Assembly (NCBI GenBank): GCA_004764695.1
Contig: SMSO01000007.1
Coordinates: forward strand, 1,185,270-1,249,269
Origin: Schizochytrium sp. TIO01
Taxonomy: Eukaryota > Protista > Bigyra: Labyrinthulomycetes
Direction: 5' to 3'
Length of the DNA: 64,000 nucleotides
Below, piece by piece: positions 28,430 to 43,073 of the stretch; position 1 is the stretch's first letter; each line of letters opens with the position of its first letter. The translations under genes were made by a program, and so were the position numbers. A model generated the notes under the pieces. The model saw only the letters and a list, made by a program, of their open reading frames with translations. It searched no databases and was not told the DNA's origin.

Positions 28430-30347
28430 CTCTTGCGAAAGGTTTGGTTCTTCTGGCCAGCTCTCACTTTTGGTGACGACGATGATTCTGCAATGTGCGA
28501 CTCAAGCCACTCTCCTCCCTAGCAGGTGAAGACCTCTCCCAACCCACGTCTTTGGAAAGCCTTGGCTTCCTGCGCAGCGCTGGCGCGTGCACGCGCTGTT
28601 GTGCTTTTGCGAGTCTGTTTTCTACTCGTGACTTACCCCCCTTTTCTTTTCTTAATGAAAACTTTTACTTTTATTATCGTACCATTACTGTAGCCCTGGC
28701 TAAGTAGAAGGGATAGAAGACCAGAGAAGGAGGACTTGCCGTGCTGCTCTTGAGACTTGAGTGCTGCACGAGTGCTCGAGCACCGAGGAAGTCGGCCTTT
28801 GGTTATCACTGCTCCAAGTTGCCTCGTCTCCAACTTCACTCGCCATTGATCGTGGTCGTCGGTGCAAGCGCTATTGCATGAGGTGCCGTACCTACTACTT
28901 ATTAGCTCTTTTTGTAGTGCACACACACAGCAGGAGTACCCTTTTGGTCCTGTTTTGGAGCCCTTTCATTTACTGCTAAACTTTGGAGTAAAAGAAGAAG
29001 CAGCACAGATTGACGGCACAGAACGTACAACACTCTTACTAGCTGGAGGTGACGATTTAAGGTCTTTAAGCTCAAGTTGGAAGTGAATAACACACCTTGG
29101 TACTATGTAAAGTATGAGGCTAACAGTTAAATAATGTAATATAGAAACGTTGTATAGTGTGTCGTTGTAGCATGGTCATAAAACACACACTAAGATACAT
29201 ATTGGTTACCCTCACAAACGATGCGGGGAATCATTTGGCAGTCAAGCTCAAGAGCAGCTTTACGTCGTAGCTTTACCAAAATAATTGGTCCCTTTCTGCG
29301 CTATAGCTTTAAAACCACATTTTCCAAACCGCATGTATTTGCTTTGTAGAAAATAAACTGCGTAAGTCCAAGTCAATGGAGAAAAACCACGAATGCATAA
29401 TTTAAGAGAAAATCAAGCAGCCCTAGGATGTTGATAGCGGGAAGAAGACACCACCTCATATTTCCCTGCAGTAGCTCTAGCTAGATGTACAGAGAATGCA
29501 GTGAACTTGAGGAAAGTTGGCTAGACTGCAATTTAGCAGCTGAGTCTCATCGTTTGCTTAAAATTTGCTTGGCGCATCTAACTCTCAAAGCCAATAAACA
29601 AGACTAAAAATCTCAGCGCTCTGTTTCCAACGAAAATACCAATCAATATTTATTCTGTGCCCCAAATCCTGGGCTTCATCTTAGGTTATGAGTGTTTGTT
29701 TAACCTGAGTCTCAACCCAAGCCAATGGATTAAAAGGAGCAGTCCAAGGCAGCCTTTGCTTCGTACTAAGCGGAAAGGAAGGTACGGCAGATTGAGATGC
29801 AAATGGTTGATGTTAATGAGCCTGTGTGTTTACTCTTGTGAATACTTTTGACTATCAAACTCAGGTCAAAACACATGGCGTAGATGAGAGTTCACATGTT
29901 ATAGTACGCTGGTTCCAGAGAAGAGTTCATCCGCAATGAGTGATTGCTTTGGCTCCAGCTTCAGCCTAAGCGAAAAGGTTTGAAGGATTGCCTCTGATTA
30001 GTAGGACCTAATATCTCTTTTCTTAAGTAAAACTTCAAAGCATCTTGCTTATTCGTACCTACCATCCAGACAGCACGTAGAGCATAAGCTAAAACCGGGT
30101 TCTACCTCGAGCTCCTCAGTAGATAGTTTCATTTCACGTAAAAAGTATGACTTCGTTGTTATGGCATCTCTAGGATAGTATCTACCATATTTTGCAAACC
30201 TAGGAATTATGCGAAACTTGTGTATGCACCAAAAGATCTTACAGAATCGAGAGTTTCACATGATCACCGCTATCGCCAAATTATTTTTTAAATACCCCAA
30301 CATTCTTTCGTGCTCATCGCAAAGCACGTGAATCAGGCTATGCTGAG

Positions 30348-30620
30348 TTAAACTTGGTGAGAGTTCAAGCAAAAGCGAGAAACTCTTGGTGCGGCCACCT
30401 GGCCCTCTAGGTTCTGACACTGCTGTATCACCCAACACTTGTCTATCTCTTTATCAAGCTTTTTTTCACGTGCTTGACCTTCTTCACATTCTCTTCCAAG
30501 GGCCTCCGCTTGTAACTCTGCAGCTCTCGCCTCTTGTAAAGCACGCTCCAAGCGTCCATGCAAGTCGTAAACCTCCTGCTCAGAGTGTCTAAGAATTTCC
30601 TCATCCTTGTTTGATTGCAA
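30348..30620 (-). pseudogene. coiled-coil coding fragment, possibly part of a decayed or multi-exon gene spanning ~30-32.7 kb
   Basis: EQEVYDLHGRLERALQEARAAELQAEALGRECEEGQAREKKLDKEIDK shows heptad character. No complete gene model could be built. Confidence 0.3.
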
Positions 30621-33489
30621 GCTATGACAGAATAAAAGGATGCCAAGCTGTTGTCCCTGGTTGACAGGCGAGAGTGTGCTTTTGTATCTTAAACTTCAAT
30701 ATATGATCTCTGACCTAACTTGACAATATTCGCGTTTGACGTAGGCAGCCTGCAAAACACTGATTTTGTACCTCAGTAAATTACAACCTATTTAGCTATA
30801 TATTTTAAAAAAATATTGTCGTGGCTTGGGTCAGGGCAAGAACAATTGAAAGACTGTGTTTCCATTCTGTCACGAAGTTCTACCTTTTAAATTGATGTCA
30901 TTCATACTCGCATCGTACTCACATTTGTCTATTTTTCTGTCCTGATTGTTTTCATTTCGCTTGGTCTGGCGAGTGTTTTGCAGATGGCGTGCGCCAGGTT
31001 GAGCGTACGCCGATTACTCGAGAAGTGGGCACGGGACTGAGCACGGGCGAGGTTTAATGCAAGGATTTTCAAGTTTGATAAAATGCAAAAAGGTGCTCAG
31101 TGGTGTTATGAATACTCATAGGCTCGAATTACTTCGGTGCTTTCTTAGCAGCTGAAAGAACGATTGGAGAGTTGAACTTGGGAATACCTGCCTACGCGAA
31201 GAAACAAGATTTCGAACCGATGAAGGATTAAGAAGTGATTCTGACCAATGAGAGTCGTTTCCTAGTTTGTAAGCTTAATCTAGCTAGAGTAATATCTAGA
31301 AACCTCTCCTAGGTACTCCTTCTCGCTCTTCAGAGGTTGACGATGCTAACAGACAGCAAACCCTCAATAAACTTCCTCAGGTTAAGTTCTCCATTTGTTG
31401 TCTATGCAGCATATGTTCTTGGAGAGCCCTCGAGTATTGGCATACATTCGTTTCAAGCGAACTTCAGTACCAGTGCGCATTCCTAAACTCATCGTTGTCA
31501 GCTAGTTGGAGTAAGTTCTTACAAAGACCTCAGAATCAGCATAAGGACTAGAACCGGCCGTGGCTTGAGCCATCTCTCTAAAGAACTCCGAAGGAAGAGA
31601 ATATAAAGATCCCTCCTTTGGCTGGCGAACATTCTTGTTTCCCCAAATCATCCTACAAATTCAGTCTTCTCCTAGCTTGACTTTCTTCTCCAAGTCCACT
31701 ACATAGGCACCATCCACTACTTACCTAACGCTACGATCGTTTTCAAGTCTCTGCACACCAGTGAAGATCAAAGCCTCTGCATTTCGATCCGGATCTTCGA
31801 AGTTCTCTCTCTGCCTTCTTCTTATTCATCAACCCTAGGGCGTTGCCGGGATTGGCGAACTATTGTTTGTCGTAGGTAGTGCTAAGCGCTATTAAGAGCA
31901 GTTTGCCAGTGTCCCTGGTTAGTTGACGGTAGCTGACCATTAGCTGACCACTAGCTGTATCTTTCACGTGCCGAGCGAGGGATTTTTTGTTATAATAACT
32001 ACTTTCTCCAACTTGAAGTTTAGAAAGAAATAGGGCCTTAAACACGAGGTAGATACTTTCGTGCAGAAGCTCGGAAGGTTTCAAGTTGCTGCTACTACTT
32101 CGAACGATACGAACGCGTGAGGCTGCTACTTATCACAGACCAGGTTTACATAACCTTTTACTCACTCCGTCAAAGGCGCCATCCTCTTTCACTCGGACTT
32201 ACGGGATCTCTTTTTGTCACGTAGGCAGAATAGTATTGATATTGACATCAGGCAACCTATCGCGCTTGGTTTGTTATTGTCTTGGCCACCAGTCTAAGAT
32301 TGGTTGATAAGTACCGAAATCAGTGCAATTCCCAAAGAACTTGAGGTAAACCTTTTCTCATCTGTTCGGCTGCTACTACCCAGTGCTAGATTATTGTGGT
32401 TCGTTCAAGTTATCAGGTATCGATAGCTAGCTAATACAAGCAATACTATTGTTCTCGATTGCAATAGCATTTATTACATTGTAGTCAGTGCGCAGTTTTC
32501 TACCACTGTCGAATAGTTTGATTGCTTGATTCGATTTCTTTTACCAAATTCCTTCTGATTGAGGGAGATACAAGGGGGACTAAGGACTCGCTAAGTAGTG
32601 CTACCCCTGAGGGAGGGCCGCTCGTTTTTCGTGGTGGTTGCTCTGCTCGCGATCGAGCTGGGGTTTTAGCATTTGCATTTGGGGCCATTCTGTCTGCAAG
32701 GATTTTGGACAGCGTTTTCTACCTGAGGTTGGCTTCTACTTTGTTCATCTTGCGAGCTGAGGTGTCTGTATTTAGGTCTGAGCTTAATCACAAGAGTCAG
32801 GCGAAGAATAACAACTGGACAACCAAATCAATCAATCAATCATTCAATCATTCAATCAATCGATTAATTGCGAATCACTAAGTGTAGGAAGGCAACAGAG
32901 CAGAACAGCTCCTAGCGGTGGTTTGGGACGTAAACGAGCGTCAGCAGAGTTGCCAAAAGCAGTCTAACAACCTGATCCTCACAGAGTTGCTTGGCTCCTA
33001 AGCGGATATTCCCTCGCAAAAGCCTGATTGCTTTATTGCAGTGCAGCGAAACAAAGAACTCATCAGCAATTCCTTTTTATAAACTATTTGGTGAAGACTT
33101 CACAAGCAAGCGCTTGCCATTTGTCAGCGTCCAGTACCATCAACTTTCAATAAACAGCTTTCGCCAAATAGCTAACTCGCTCCACGGGAGTAAGCTACCT
33201 AGACGTCCATCCGTCCATTCCTTGGAAACCCTCACGGAGTCATTTCTTAGAGACCCTGTCGAAGACATCATCATCATCATCATCATCATCCATCGACTGG
33301 TTCGCAAAACTACTGTGCATAAGTGCTCTCCCACTTAGGGAATCTACGTAGTAGCTTATTAGCTAAGCAGAAGGTAGTTGCGAGGAGTAGTTAGAGAAAG
33401 AGCTACGAGGTAGCTAGTTAGTTAGAAGAAGTTATTGGAGGATACGGATCAGGAATTGCTCATCTCAAGTTTTGACTTTTGACCTGAAC

Positions 33490-33876
33490 ATGCAATGCTT
33501 TCCCTTCGCCAGTTCGCTAACGCGGCGACGTCGAGTTGTGTCGGAGAGGCAATCCCTGGTGTCGAGGAAGAACACCGCGTCTTCGATCGTGTCGAGCAGA
33601 ACCCGGAGCTCCCGGGGAGATTCCTGGGCTAACTTGGATATGGCGCACCTACGTGAGGAACGTGAGCGGATCTTGAGCTCTAGGATCCAAGATCCCATTC
33701 TGCTCGTGCACGCGCCGGCTGATGAAGAGAGCGAAGATGAGGACGACGAAGGTCTTCGCGAAAAGAACCGCGCGGGAGAGCCCCAAGAGGACGAGTACCG
33801 TGAGGATCACCACGTGCACCGCACGTACCGTGAGACCCGCCACACATCACGCAAGCCGCAGAACGAGGCAGCCTGA
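33490..33876 (+). CDS. hypothetical low-complexity protein (128 aa)
   Basis: GC-rich open frame in an AT-richer background, ATG at 33490, acidic stretch DEESEDEDDE. No family recognised. Confidence 0.5.
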   Translation: MQCFPFASSLTRRRRVVSERQSLVSRKNTASSIVSSRTRSSRGDSWANLDMAHLREERERILSSRIQDPILLVHAPADEESEDEDDEGLREKNRAGEPQEDEYREDHHVHRTYRETRHTSRKPQNEAA

Positions 33877-35873
33877 CTTGACCCTTTATTGTTGAGTTTT
33901 CTAATGACGTGACGCATGAAAACTTGACACACTTGCTATACTTTTCTTTCTGACAAAATAAAACATTCTGACCAACCCCTTCATCGCATGGTCTTTTGAG
34001 GAGAATTGGCGCCTAAATTGTGTGGAGGGCAGGTGTGGCTATGCATCACGCCCTTTGACTTGGACAAGCATACGTGCCTGCCACCGACAACCAACCTCTC
34101 AAGCCTCCAATCTGGCAATGTGCTCAAGCGGAAGAACCTGTACACCCTGATCAATAATAACTCCCTGTCGCTCACTCAAGAAGTAATCCACTGTGCAGAC
34201 ATTCTACTTTTACGCACAATTATAGCTCTCTTGAGTGTCGACTAGCTTTGGTACATTTCCAACATTTACATTGACTATCCCCTTTGGAAATCTTTCTATT
34301 CTCATTTCATTAAAGCAACAACGAAAGATAATCTGACTTCAACTTATTTTAAAATTACATCCCTCACAAACAACAACAAAAGATAGTCTGACTTCGACTA
34401 ATTCCTTCCCTAATGTGCATCCCTCGCAGCCTCATCCTCCGTTTGATTCACAAATATATATCCTATCAGCCCGCGTTACAATAACTACCATAGTAAAGCA
34501 AACAACATCGCAACTTGCCCACAAGCGTTTGCTTTGCTAGTGCTTTTGATCCTGCTTCCACCTTTTGTCCCAGCTTGCGCTTTGACTATATAAATCCCAG
34601 TAACTACCCTTTTAGAACTAATTCGGCGTCCTCTCATAAGCCCTCCTTTCTCAGGTTGGCTTCTACAATCAAAGCACAATCATCAGACTCTTTCATCCAT
34701 TCGGGTAACACTCGTTTAACGTATGGTTGTCCTGCGAAGGTAAGTCCCTCATTTCCACACATCTCTGAGTCTACAGTATGTATACTCCATGGGATGCGAT
34801 GGTGTCAAAAGTTGAGAATGAGGGGCTTTTTTCGAACGCGAAGTACAAGTTGAAATAGAACTAAACATGCAGAAGCAAAGGAGATATTTAGTTTAGACTA
34901 CCTTGGTTTTCCCTCTTTGTAGAACAGGGAAATGCTCGAAGAAGAAACTGGGTGACAAAATCGTCAAGTAGATACTTTTTACTCCTTATAATTTGAGGGC
35001 TCTATATTTCAAGTATGGTACTCTTTCGAAATTCGTCATGGCAGAAAGATCTGCACCTTGGCAACCCTCTACTACGGCGCTGCTTTGCCACTCTAAATGT
35101 CCAAGTGTATAGATATGAAAAGACAAATCGCAGTTTTAGTCAAAACCAGCAAGTCTTGAAAAGGGATCGGGGTCTGAATTTACTGTTTAGCTTTTGAATT
35201 CAGGTATTTGCAACAAAGAAGTACAAGAAAGTATGGAATTGTATTCTAGTGAGTGAGTTAGAAATCTGCGTAAGAATTGTGACATCAATATTCAGGGTAA
35301 AGGGTCGTCCACTTCGAATGATTCACCTCACCGCTTCTGTAAGAAATAGAATGTTCAAACGAAAATAACAGACACAATGAGGGAATCCTGGTCCTATTGA
35401 GAGTTTTGATGGACTCCACTACGTTTGTTGACATCAAGATATATAAGATGTCCTTAATCAGGCAATGAGCAGCCATGGTGTGACTTCGGTGCATGGGCAG
35501 AGGTAATCTTTCACTTCATTAGACGGTTGAAGTGAAAACTTCAAAGCCACACTTTGCAAACGTTCAAGGACCAAACAGTTTCCGAATCAACAAAGACAGC
35601 TGCAGCAGCAGCAGCAGCAACAACAACAACAACAACGCGAAGAGGCAGCAAAAGGGGACCAAATTAACAAAACACGCAAAACATTGCAACGAGAGACACC
35701 TCAGTATTCCGGAGGAGAATTGGCTTCGCCTTTTCTCTCTCGGGGAGGCATACTAGGTGCTCAGGCCCCGCTCCCTCCCTATCAGCAGTACAGAGTAGGC
35801 TCTTTAAATGAAGACATCATAGTAGTATATCAGGATGAGGGTGGATGACCGGATTTTGCTGATTTGTTCTCTT

Positions 35874-37307
35874 CTATAGAGGAAGATCCTCTGGGTCCTG
35901 AACTAGGGTAACTGGGGTTCCTTTTCCTGAAGATTTGCGTTTCGCGCTTTTTCTCGAATAGCGTTGCTTCTTGGAAATGTCATCATCACTGTCTTCCCAG
36001 TCTTGATGCTGTTGATGATCCTCCGGTTCATCCTCTTCCCATGAGTCATAACTATTACCTGTGCTGCGACCACGCATAAGAGCAGATAAGGGGCCGATAC
36101 TGCTAGTCGTGGACGGAATATGTTTATCAAAAGGGTCAAGATACTGCATTAGGGCATATCGGTGGCCTGAGCCAATGCCCCGTCCAAAGCCCAGCTCGAA
36201 TCCTGTAATTTCATTGCACGGGAATTCCACTCGTTGGAAGTCTCCAATGCTATTACCTTCTTCATCTTGTTCTGTGTAAGTAACTCCAGGCACAGTAACT
36301 TCACAATCACCACGGTTAGCCACGTCGCGCCACACAGACTCTGGCAACAACGCGAGGGAGGCCACTTCCTCCTTCTGCAATGCCAATTGATCCCATGAGA
36401 AGCCTGCAGGTCCGCTAATGACCTCTGCTGAATACACAAGCATAAGAAACTGCAAGCTTTTGGCTGGCATCACTTCTTGCCAGCATGTGATCAGCTTCAT
36501 GCTTGAGGAGTCCAAAATAAGGCCAGTCTCCTCCATAAACTCGCGCCGCGCGCCGTCCACCAGCGACTCGCGAGCTTCGACATGGCCTCCAGGGAAAACC
36601 CAGAGCCCGTTATATGTACCACCTTTCCGGCGTGTCACACGTTGAGTGATGATCAAATTAGACTCGTTTTGATACTTCACGCGCGGGATGACCACACCCG
36701 CCACACGCACAGGCGGATAAGTGATGCCGCATCGGGTGAGCGGCTGAGTATACATTCTGTGAAAACGCATTAAGCCTCTCACCACCGTACCAAGGGGCGT
36801 CTTGCGGTACGAGAATGACCCTGCAGGCACAATCTGGACTGAGAGATCTTCACTGTCATCCCCAAGTGCATCGAGCCAGTCCATAGTCTGAATTGCTGAA
36901 ATAGTGACGTCAAAGCTCGTTGCACTCTGGCGCACAATAACCAGCGGCTTCTCCAGGTTAATCTCTGCTAATCGAAACATGTCTGTACCATATCGGGCCA
37001 GCTCCACATCGCCATTAGGTCTTTTTACATAAACCTGAGGTCTTCGACGCCGCTCCCCAGGCCCATCCAGTAGATCCAATGGCAACACTGGGTATGAGAG
37101 GTCCCTCTGCAGCGCATGCGAATGCGGGGAGAGCTCCGACGCATTTGTACCAAGCTGCTCCGGGGTTGGAGGTGGTTGCGTCTCTACTTTGTTCAAGTGC
37201 GCTAGAATTGCCTGGGAACCATTCCGAGTATGCTTAGGCCTGTGTGATGGCGTCAAAGGCAAGGGCATTACCTCGCCAAGACCCTCTTCGTCCGCAGGCC
37301 CACTCAT
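35874..37307 (-). CDS. Nudix hydrolase (NUDT17-like), 477 aa
   Basis: Canonical Nudix box GGHVEARESLVDGARREFMEETGL (Gx5Ex7REUxEExGU), preceded by LIITQR...GLWVFPG as in NUDT17-type proteins. Confidence 0.9.
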   Translation of the reverse strand: MSGPADEEGLGEVMPLPLTPSHRPKHTRNGSQAILAHLNKVETQPPPTPEQLGTNASELSPHSHALQRDLSYPVLPLDLLDGPGERRRRPQVYVKRPNGDVELARYGTDMFRLAEINLEKPLVIVRQSATSFDVTISAIQTMDWLDALGDDSEDLSVQIVPAGSFSYRKTPLGTVVRGLMRFHRMYTQPLTRCGITYPPVRVAGVVIPRVKYQNESNLIITQRVTRRKGGTYNGLWVFPGGHVEARESLVDGARREFMEETGLILDSSSMKLITCWQEVMPAKSLQFLMLVYSAEVISGPAGFSWDQLALQKEEVASLALLPESVWRDVANRGDCEVTVPGVTYTEQDEEGNSIGDFQRVEFPCNEITGFELGFGRGIGSGHRYALMQYLDPFDKHIPSTTSSIGPLSALMRGRSTGNSYDSWEEDEPEDHQQHQDWEDSDDDISKKQRYSRKSAKRKSSGKGTPVTLVQDPEDLPL

Positions 37308-40300
37308 GGCGAAGAATCTTGGTGTGTGGAGCTACCTAACGTCGGACTTCGCTATGAGACGGGTCTCGGGATCTACACAGCGGAGGTCCAAGCAGCTCAC
37401 TGGGGCCGTCTTTTCGTTTGTAATTTGTCTCTCCTGTCGATATTCTTGGTTTATGATAAAAACTCGCGGCACGTGCAGAGATAGCAACTGCAGCTCAACA
37501 GAGCCAAGATTGGTGCACGCTGCGCAACTCACCGAATCGACAGGCTGCACACGCGTCAGAGAACCCAGTTCGATAGCTGTTGAGTTCGAGCTATGCAATT
37601 TCTCTGTTTCGGTCTGACACCTACAAGTTGCGTGCCGCAGGTTCTCCGCGATTGTTGGGACTGCGAACTTGAGCTACGTCGATAAGTACACTACCACTAT
37701 GTTTTTGGTCATCTTGTTATTCTGTTTTTTGTTTGTTTGTTGTTTTTTTTAAATAGAGAAGAGAGAGGGGGGAGAGAGAAAGATGTGTACTCCTAGATGG
37801 CGCACGGGGTGTCCTACTGGCATTAGTATTACCACATCTAATTGCCTTTTTACACCATCACAATCGAATAGCATTTTTCTTGAAAAATCAGCAAATCGAT
37901 TCACACCGTGACATAAAAGAACTACATTGAACAACTTAAAGTCCACAAACTATGGAAACAGTTCTTGTCTTCACTGCTCAGGTGTTTCTTCATTCGTAAA
38001 GTTTTATGAATCCAGCTGATATCACAAATTGAGGAGGATGCATAATTTTTGTTATATTTCTCGGCTTTTATCAAGACAACGCTTGAAGAGGGCGTTAGAA
38101 GGAACTTCGAATGTGAGGAATCAGAACAAAACTAAACAAACGATTAAACGTCTCTGGGAATGGGTGAAAGAAGAAGGCGGCGTATTACCTCAAGTAGATC
38201 GCGCAGGTAGTACTTATTACTCTTTTCTTTTACTTTTCAATTATTATTATTATAAAAAAATAAAAATTGTGATAAAATTGATGGAGATTGTGGCTTTTAG
38301 CAGTCGCAGCCTCGCCAGCTTCAAGAATTGTAGTAGTATCCCAAGAGCAGCCTGTGTAAAAACAGTGAGTTGGCAGCTCTATCTGTGAGCCAGTACGTGG
38401 TGAAAGTAGACTGGCGATACACGTAAAACCCCTGCTCGTAGCTACGGCGTCAGCCCGAATCTTGCTCACACACGTGTTATTAGGGAGGTTCATATAATAA
38501 CTATTTTATTTTATTTTATTTTATCTTAATATAAAAGTACTTCATTAAAAGAAAGCAGCTAATTCAGTAACTTCATAAGAAGCATAATGAGATGATGCGA
38601 ACTTAAGCTCTTCAATGCATCTACATTCGCATCCTTTCTACACCGCCCAGCTAGTCGTGCACCGTTGCTGTTTGTCAACGAGTCGCGGTTACAACGAATG
38701 ATAAAGTAAGCATGAAAGATCAATTTCTTTTATCTTTGGAATGCTTAATTTAAAACAAAACTAAAAAAGAAGAAGAAAAGATGTAAATTTGCCCTCTTGC
38801 ATACACTCCTTCATGCTTTTTCGAAGCTATCAAATGATTCCAGTCTGCTGTAGGGGCATCGGTCACTAACACATTAATCGCAGCGTTTCCAAGTGCACAT
38901 GTCAGCCTGCATTGCAAGCAAAAAACTTGAAGTTCCGCAGAAAAGGATTCTGGGTTCTAATCGAACTTCCTTTCATCATGGATGAACAAAATCAAAATAT
39001 CAAATCAACGATGAGATCAAGTGCCCTGACGCGCTTCCTTTGAGTGGCACAGCGATGACTAATGGACCATTTCGCATCTTGGAGCTGACGATCCAGACAC
39101 GCTCTGTGGAGTCTCGCTACCAAGGCGCAGGCTAGCAGTCACTTGTGAATCGCTTGCTGCATGCTGCACGTGCTGACATGATGCTCATTCTATACTGCTC
39201 ATTTCCCATCGATCATGAAGTTCATGAGCATTAGCGTGGTCATGGCCACCATTTTGCAAAGCTCGTCAGTCCTCAGTCCTCACGCAAGCAGGCATCGAAG
39301 CAACGGAGCAAGTCGTGCGTGGCTGTCTGTTTGCCAGCGAGTTAGCTAGCTCGTTCACACCGTGGCCATCACCTCCAGCGACTTGAAGGTACCTGGGAAC
39401 TAACAGTCGCGACATGGTGAAGTGCAGCGTCGTGCCACGGGCCGGGATTAATATTACAACTCCATTTCATCTTGGAGCTGGCCTTCATTACACGCTTCGC
39501 GCCTCGCGAGCTAGCTACAAGCAGTGGTCGGCAGTGCATTCTGCAATTGTCAACTCTTGGTTTAGGCCAGCGAGCGAGCAAGCGAGCGAGCGAGCGAGGG
39601 AGTACCACGAGGCACCACGGTGTCGAGTAAGACGATGTTTGCGCTCCTTATGCGTATGCCTTATTCGCAGAACCTGACCTCAGAGCAGCTGGGCTCGAGT
39701 TGACTGCATGTCCAACCTCTCGATGCTCTTTGGCCGACCCAACATACGTTGACCTTGGCTTGAATGAACTATCTACGGAGTGCACAATCATAATCGTTGT
39801 GGCGATGCTGCAGAGCGAAGCGTCCGGTGCACACCCTTATATGAAAAAAGGTAAAAGGTAAAAAGGTAAAAAGTAAAAAAGTAAAAAGTAAGAATAATTC
39901 CACGATACACGTAGTACTTCTCTTTGATGAACGAAAGAATGAAAGAGAGCCCAAAACTAACCTAGGTAGGGTCTAATTGGTACTACTGAGTAATGCGAAT
40001 TCGCAGGGGAAAGAAAAAGGGAGAAAAGGGTTGCGCAGACCAAAGTGCAATGCTGCAAATGAAGGTTGAAATCTGGCTCTGATCAGGATGACGAAGCAGG
40101 AATCTTGCACCTGATACACTTTAGATTCAACGGCAATCAGGCAGGGGCCTGGTTTGAACTTTAACCTCACCTTGCAAAGAAGGAAAGGCTCACGGTCAAC
40201 GCATGCGGGTTTCAAAGACATAGCGGAAGAGCGAGGATTGTGCTGTCAGCCCAATGTACAAAACAATAAAAGATCAAAGCCATTTTCAGCTCTATTTCAA

Positions 40301-43073
40301 TACTTTTACAATATCTTGTTGTCTGAATCTTGAAAATAGCGCATGAGGTTGTACCCGCTAAACTGTGTGCTACTACCAAAGCGATCATCGAGTTGCAGTT
40401 CTCCTAGTAGCAAAAGCGATCCGAGAACGCATTGAGCAAAGTCTTGGTCTCACCTCTGGTGATGGCATACGAGAAGCAGCCTGAGGTGGGTGCATTCCTC
40501 TTGTTTGAAAATGTGCAGATGTAGAGGTTAGATTCAACTGTTCAGACTACCAGTGAGGCGTCACTTGTTATACTGCTCATTGGGTGTCATTCCTAAGCTT
40601 GAATACAAAGTGGTCTATTGTCAAAACTGTTTCTTATGCAAGATCCAGATGGCATTGGATCTGCCATAGGACTCTAGAGCAATCTCAAAAACAACAAAAT
40701 TCTCACTAGGTAGGTAAGTAGGTACGTACGTACGTACCTACCTAGTTATGATGATCATACTACGGGAGCAAATTATTTAACCAATTGGATTAATCTTATA
40801 ACCGAAATAATAAACTTTGCATATCTTAGAGCTACATGAAGGGAAATGGAGTGACCAGCTCTCATCACAAATGCTTAATGCGAACTTCGTGTTATTGAAC
40901 GATAAAGGCAGAGAGCGTGAGCAATATTTTGTTGCAAATGGATGAGCATATTTTACGTGTAAGTACCTGCATTGCACGCGTGAAATTCAGTATAACAGAA
41001 ACCATTCTCGTTTGAAGCCTGGTGACCTAAAGAACTACTTACCATCGCATAGCACATTTCACGGGAGGGCCCAGAACCAATAATGTGCTACTTGTAATCA
41101 TTTAAATCTTAGAATGAATCCTTGAGGTTGTCTCTCTTGGACTTGTGGAATTTTTGTGGTCTGATCAGGGTCTAGACCGACTAGACTTCAAAGAAAAGAT
41201 GCGCAGGCTTTCACTTTTGGAATTAGTGATGTACAGTGAAGTCCAAGTAGTGCTTCAGTTTGTAGGCTATGACAAACACGATCTGGGATTCACGGAATCA
41301 TGAGATCGAATTCTTTCGTCTTTTCTGTTTTCAAAATAAACTAAAATCACCAATATTTACATATTCTCTACTATTGATGCAATTTTAGATTTTTGGTCTT
41401 CTTAACCACTTATCTGGGCATTCTAGTTCTGCCTCTAAACATATTTTGTCCTTCTTGACGTACATTCATTTGAAAAGTTTGGTCAACATAATTCTTCGAC
41501 AGATGACTTTACTTATTATTCAGTCTAGTAGATCAAAACAAGAAACATCATATTTACTTGCATGTCTATAACACTCAGAAGTATTTTCCTAGCTTCATTC
41601 ACATCACATGCAATCTTAAGAATTTTATAAAAGGATACTTGTTTTTATTCGTATGCTAAGTTGCCCAATAATGTGCACGGCTTCCCGCGTGAAAAAGAGG
41701 AACCTTGGGGGATTTTGAGATGCTTCGTATTTGGATAGCTCAGTTGAGTTAATTTTTCAAAGAAGAGGAGCAATCACTGGAAGTTGGGTTTTATGCAGAA
41801 AAGACGGTGTCATGATGTCTTAATGCAGAGATTGCTGAGATCTCCAATCAAAGGAACTAGGGGATAAGACATTACTAGAGTTCTTGGTGTCCCTTTGTAC
41901 AACCCCATTAGACATAATGTTTACATTAGAGCAAGAATAGGCAGCCAGACTCATGTGGCTGCCGGAACCAATAACTAAAAATGTGAATACACATTAACTA
42001 CACCCAAGCGTGGTTTAGCTTGAATCGATGGTTGGAGAAGGTAGATAAACCTAACCCCATCGATTATCTCTAACCACATTCAAGAATGTCTTAATCTCCC
42101 TAATTACTACATGAATCCATCTGTCCTGGAATTCATTCCTCATGACAGCAGTTTGTAACACTTAAATCAACCTTCTTATAACCTTCACCAAGCTTCTTGC
42201 CTTCATCTTTACAGTCAACCTCACGCTAACCAGTATCACCTTTCAGCAGAGATGAGAGTCTCTGGAGCAGTCACAGATTGAAGAGTTAGATAAATTGTCA
42301 AGTACGTTCTTGATTATACTGATAAACACGGTGCTTTGTAGCATACCTTGCGAGAAAGGCTTAAACGTTAAGTTTTTCTGCGGATTCAGGAGCATCAGTT
42401 GAAAGTTCGTCATGGCGAAGTGAGCCCCATCAGTCAGAATGCATTCGCCTTGAGTAATTTTTGCTGCCTGTGAGATTACAGAGGATTGATTGCTCCCAAG
42501 AGTATTTCATTATTGCGACTACATGTTCCTGCAATAATTGGGCAACAAAGAAAGTTTAGAAAATTGGTTTGGCGTTTTGTTGAAAGAAGAATTCAGACAC
42601 ACATGATTAGAAGGTAATGTTAGACTATCGTAAGGTTGCCAATGTCCAAAAAAGATAGCACATGTTCATGAACAGCCTCGGCAATAATCTCATCCGTGTA
42701 ATGAGTCGGGCATTCGCGCAAACTTATGTAAAGCTAAATCCTACCAGAGTAGTAAGTTGAGCATTTTAAGTTGCACGAACATGGTCTTGAAAAGAAAATT
42801 TCAAAAAGAAAGTAACCAAACAAACTTTTGCAAAATTCTTGAAGTCACGACAATGCAGATATTATTCTTAATTTTAAGTTTAATTTTAGCTTTTGAGGGG
42901 AGTGAGAAAGCCGAAAGGGGAAAGAAGAGAGTACTATGCTCATAGCTTAAAGGGAAGAGTATATAATATGTGTGCAAATGAGTGGTTCTTCTAATACCCC
43001 GAGTAGTACATGGAAAGTCCAAACCAAATAACCCCCTTCAAGAAGAAATTGAAGAAGCTAGGAGAAAAAAAAA

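Noticed and set aside
24005-28529. Plus-strand ORFs up to 258 aa opposite the NACHT gene (similarly opposite the Nudix and NhaC genes)
   Set aside because: Antisense shadows of codon-biased real genes; no motifs.
40706-40745. Palindrome TAGGTACGTACGTACGTACCTA as a hairpin or element end
   Set aside because: Explained by juxtaposed (TAGG)n/(GTAC)n/(CCTA)n micro-repeats, which are common in this window. No transposase or paired terminal repeat was found.
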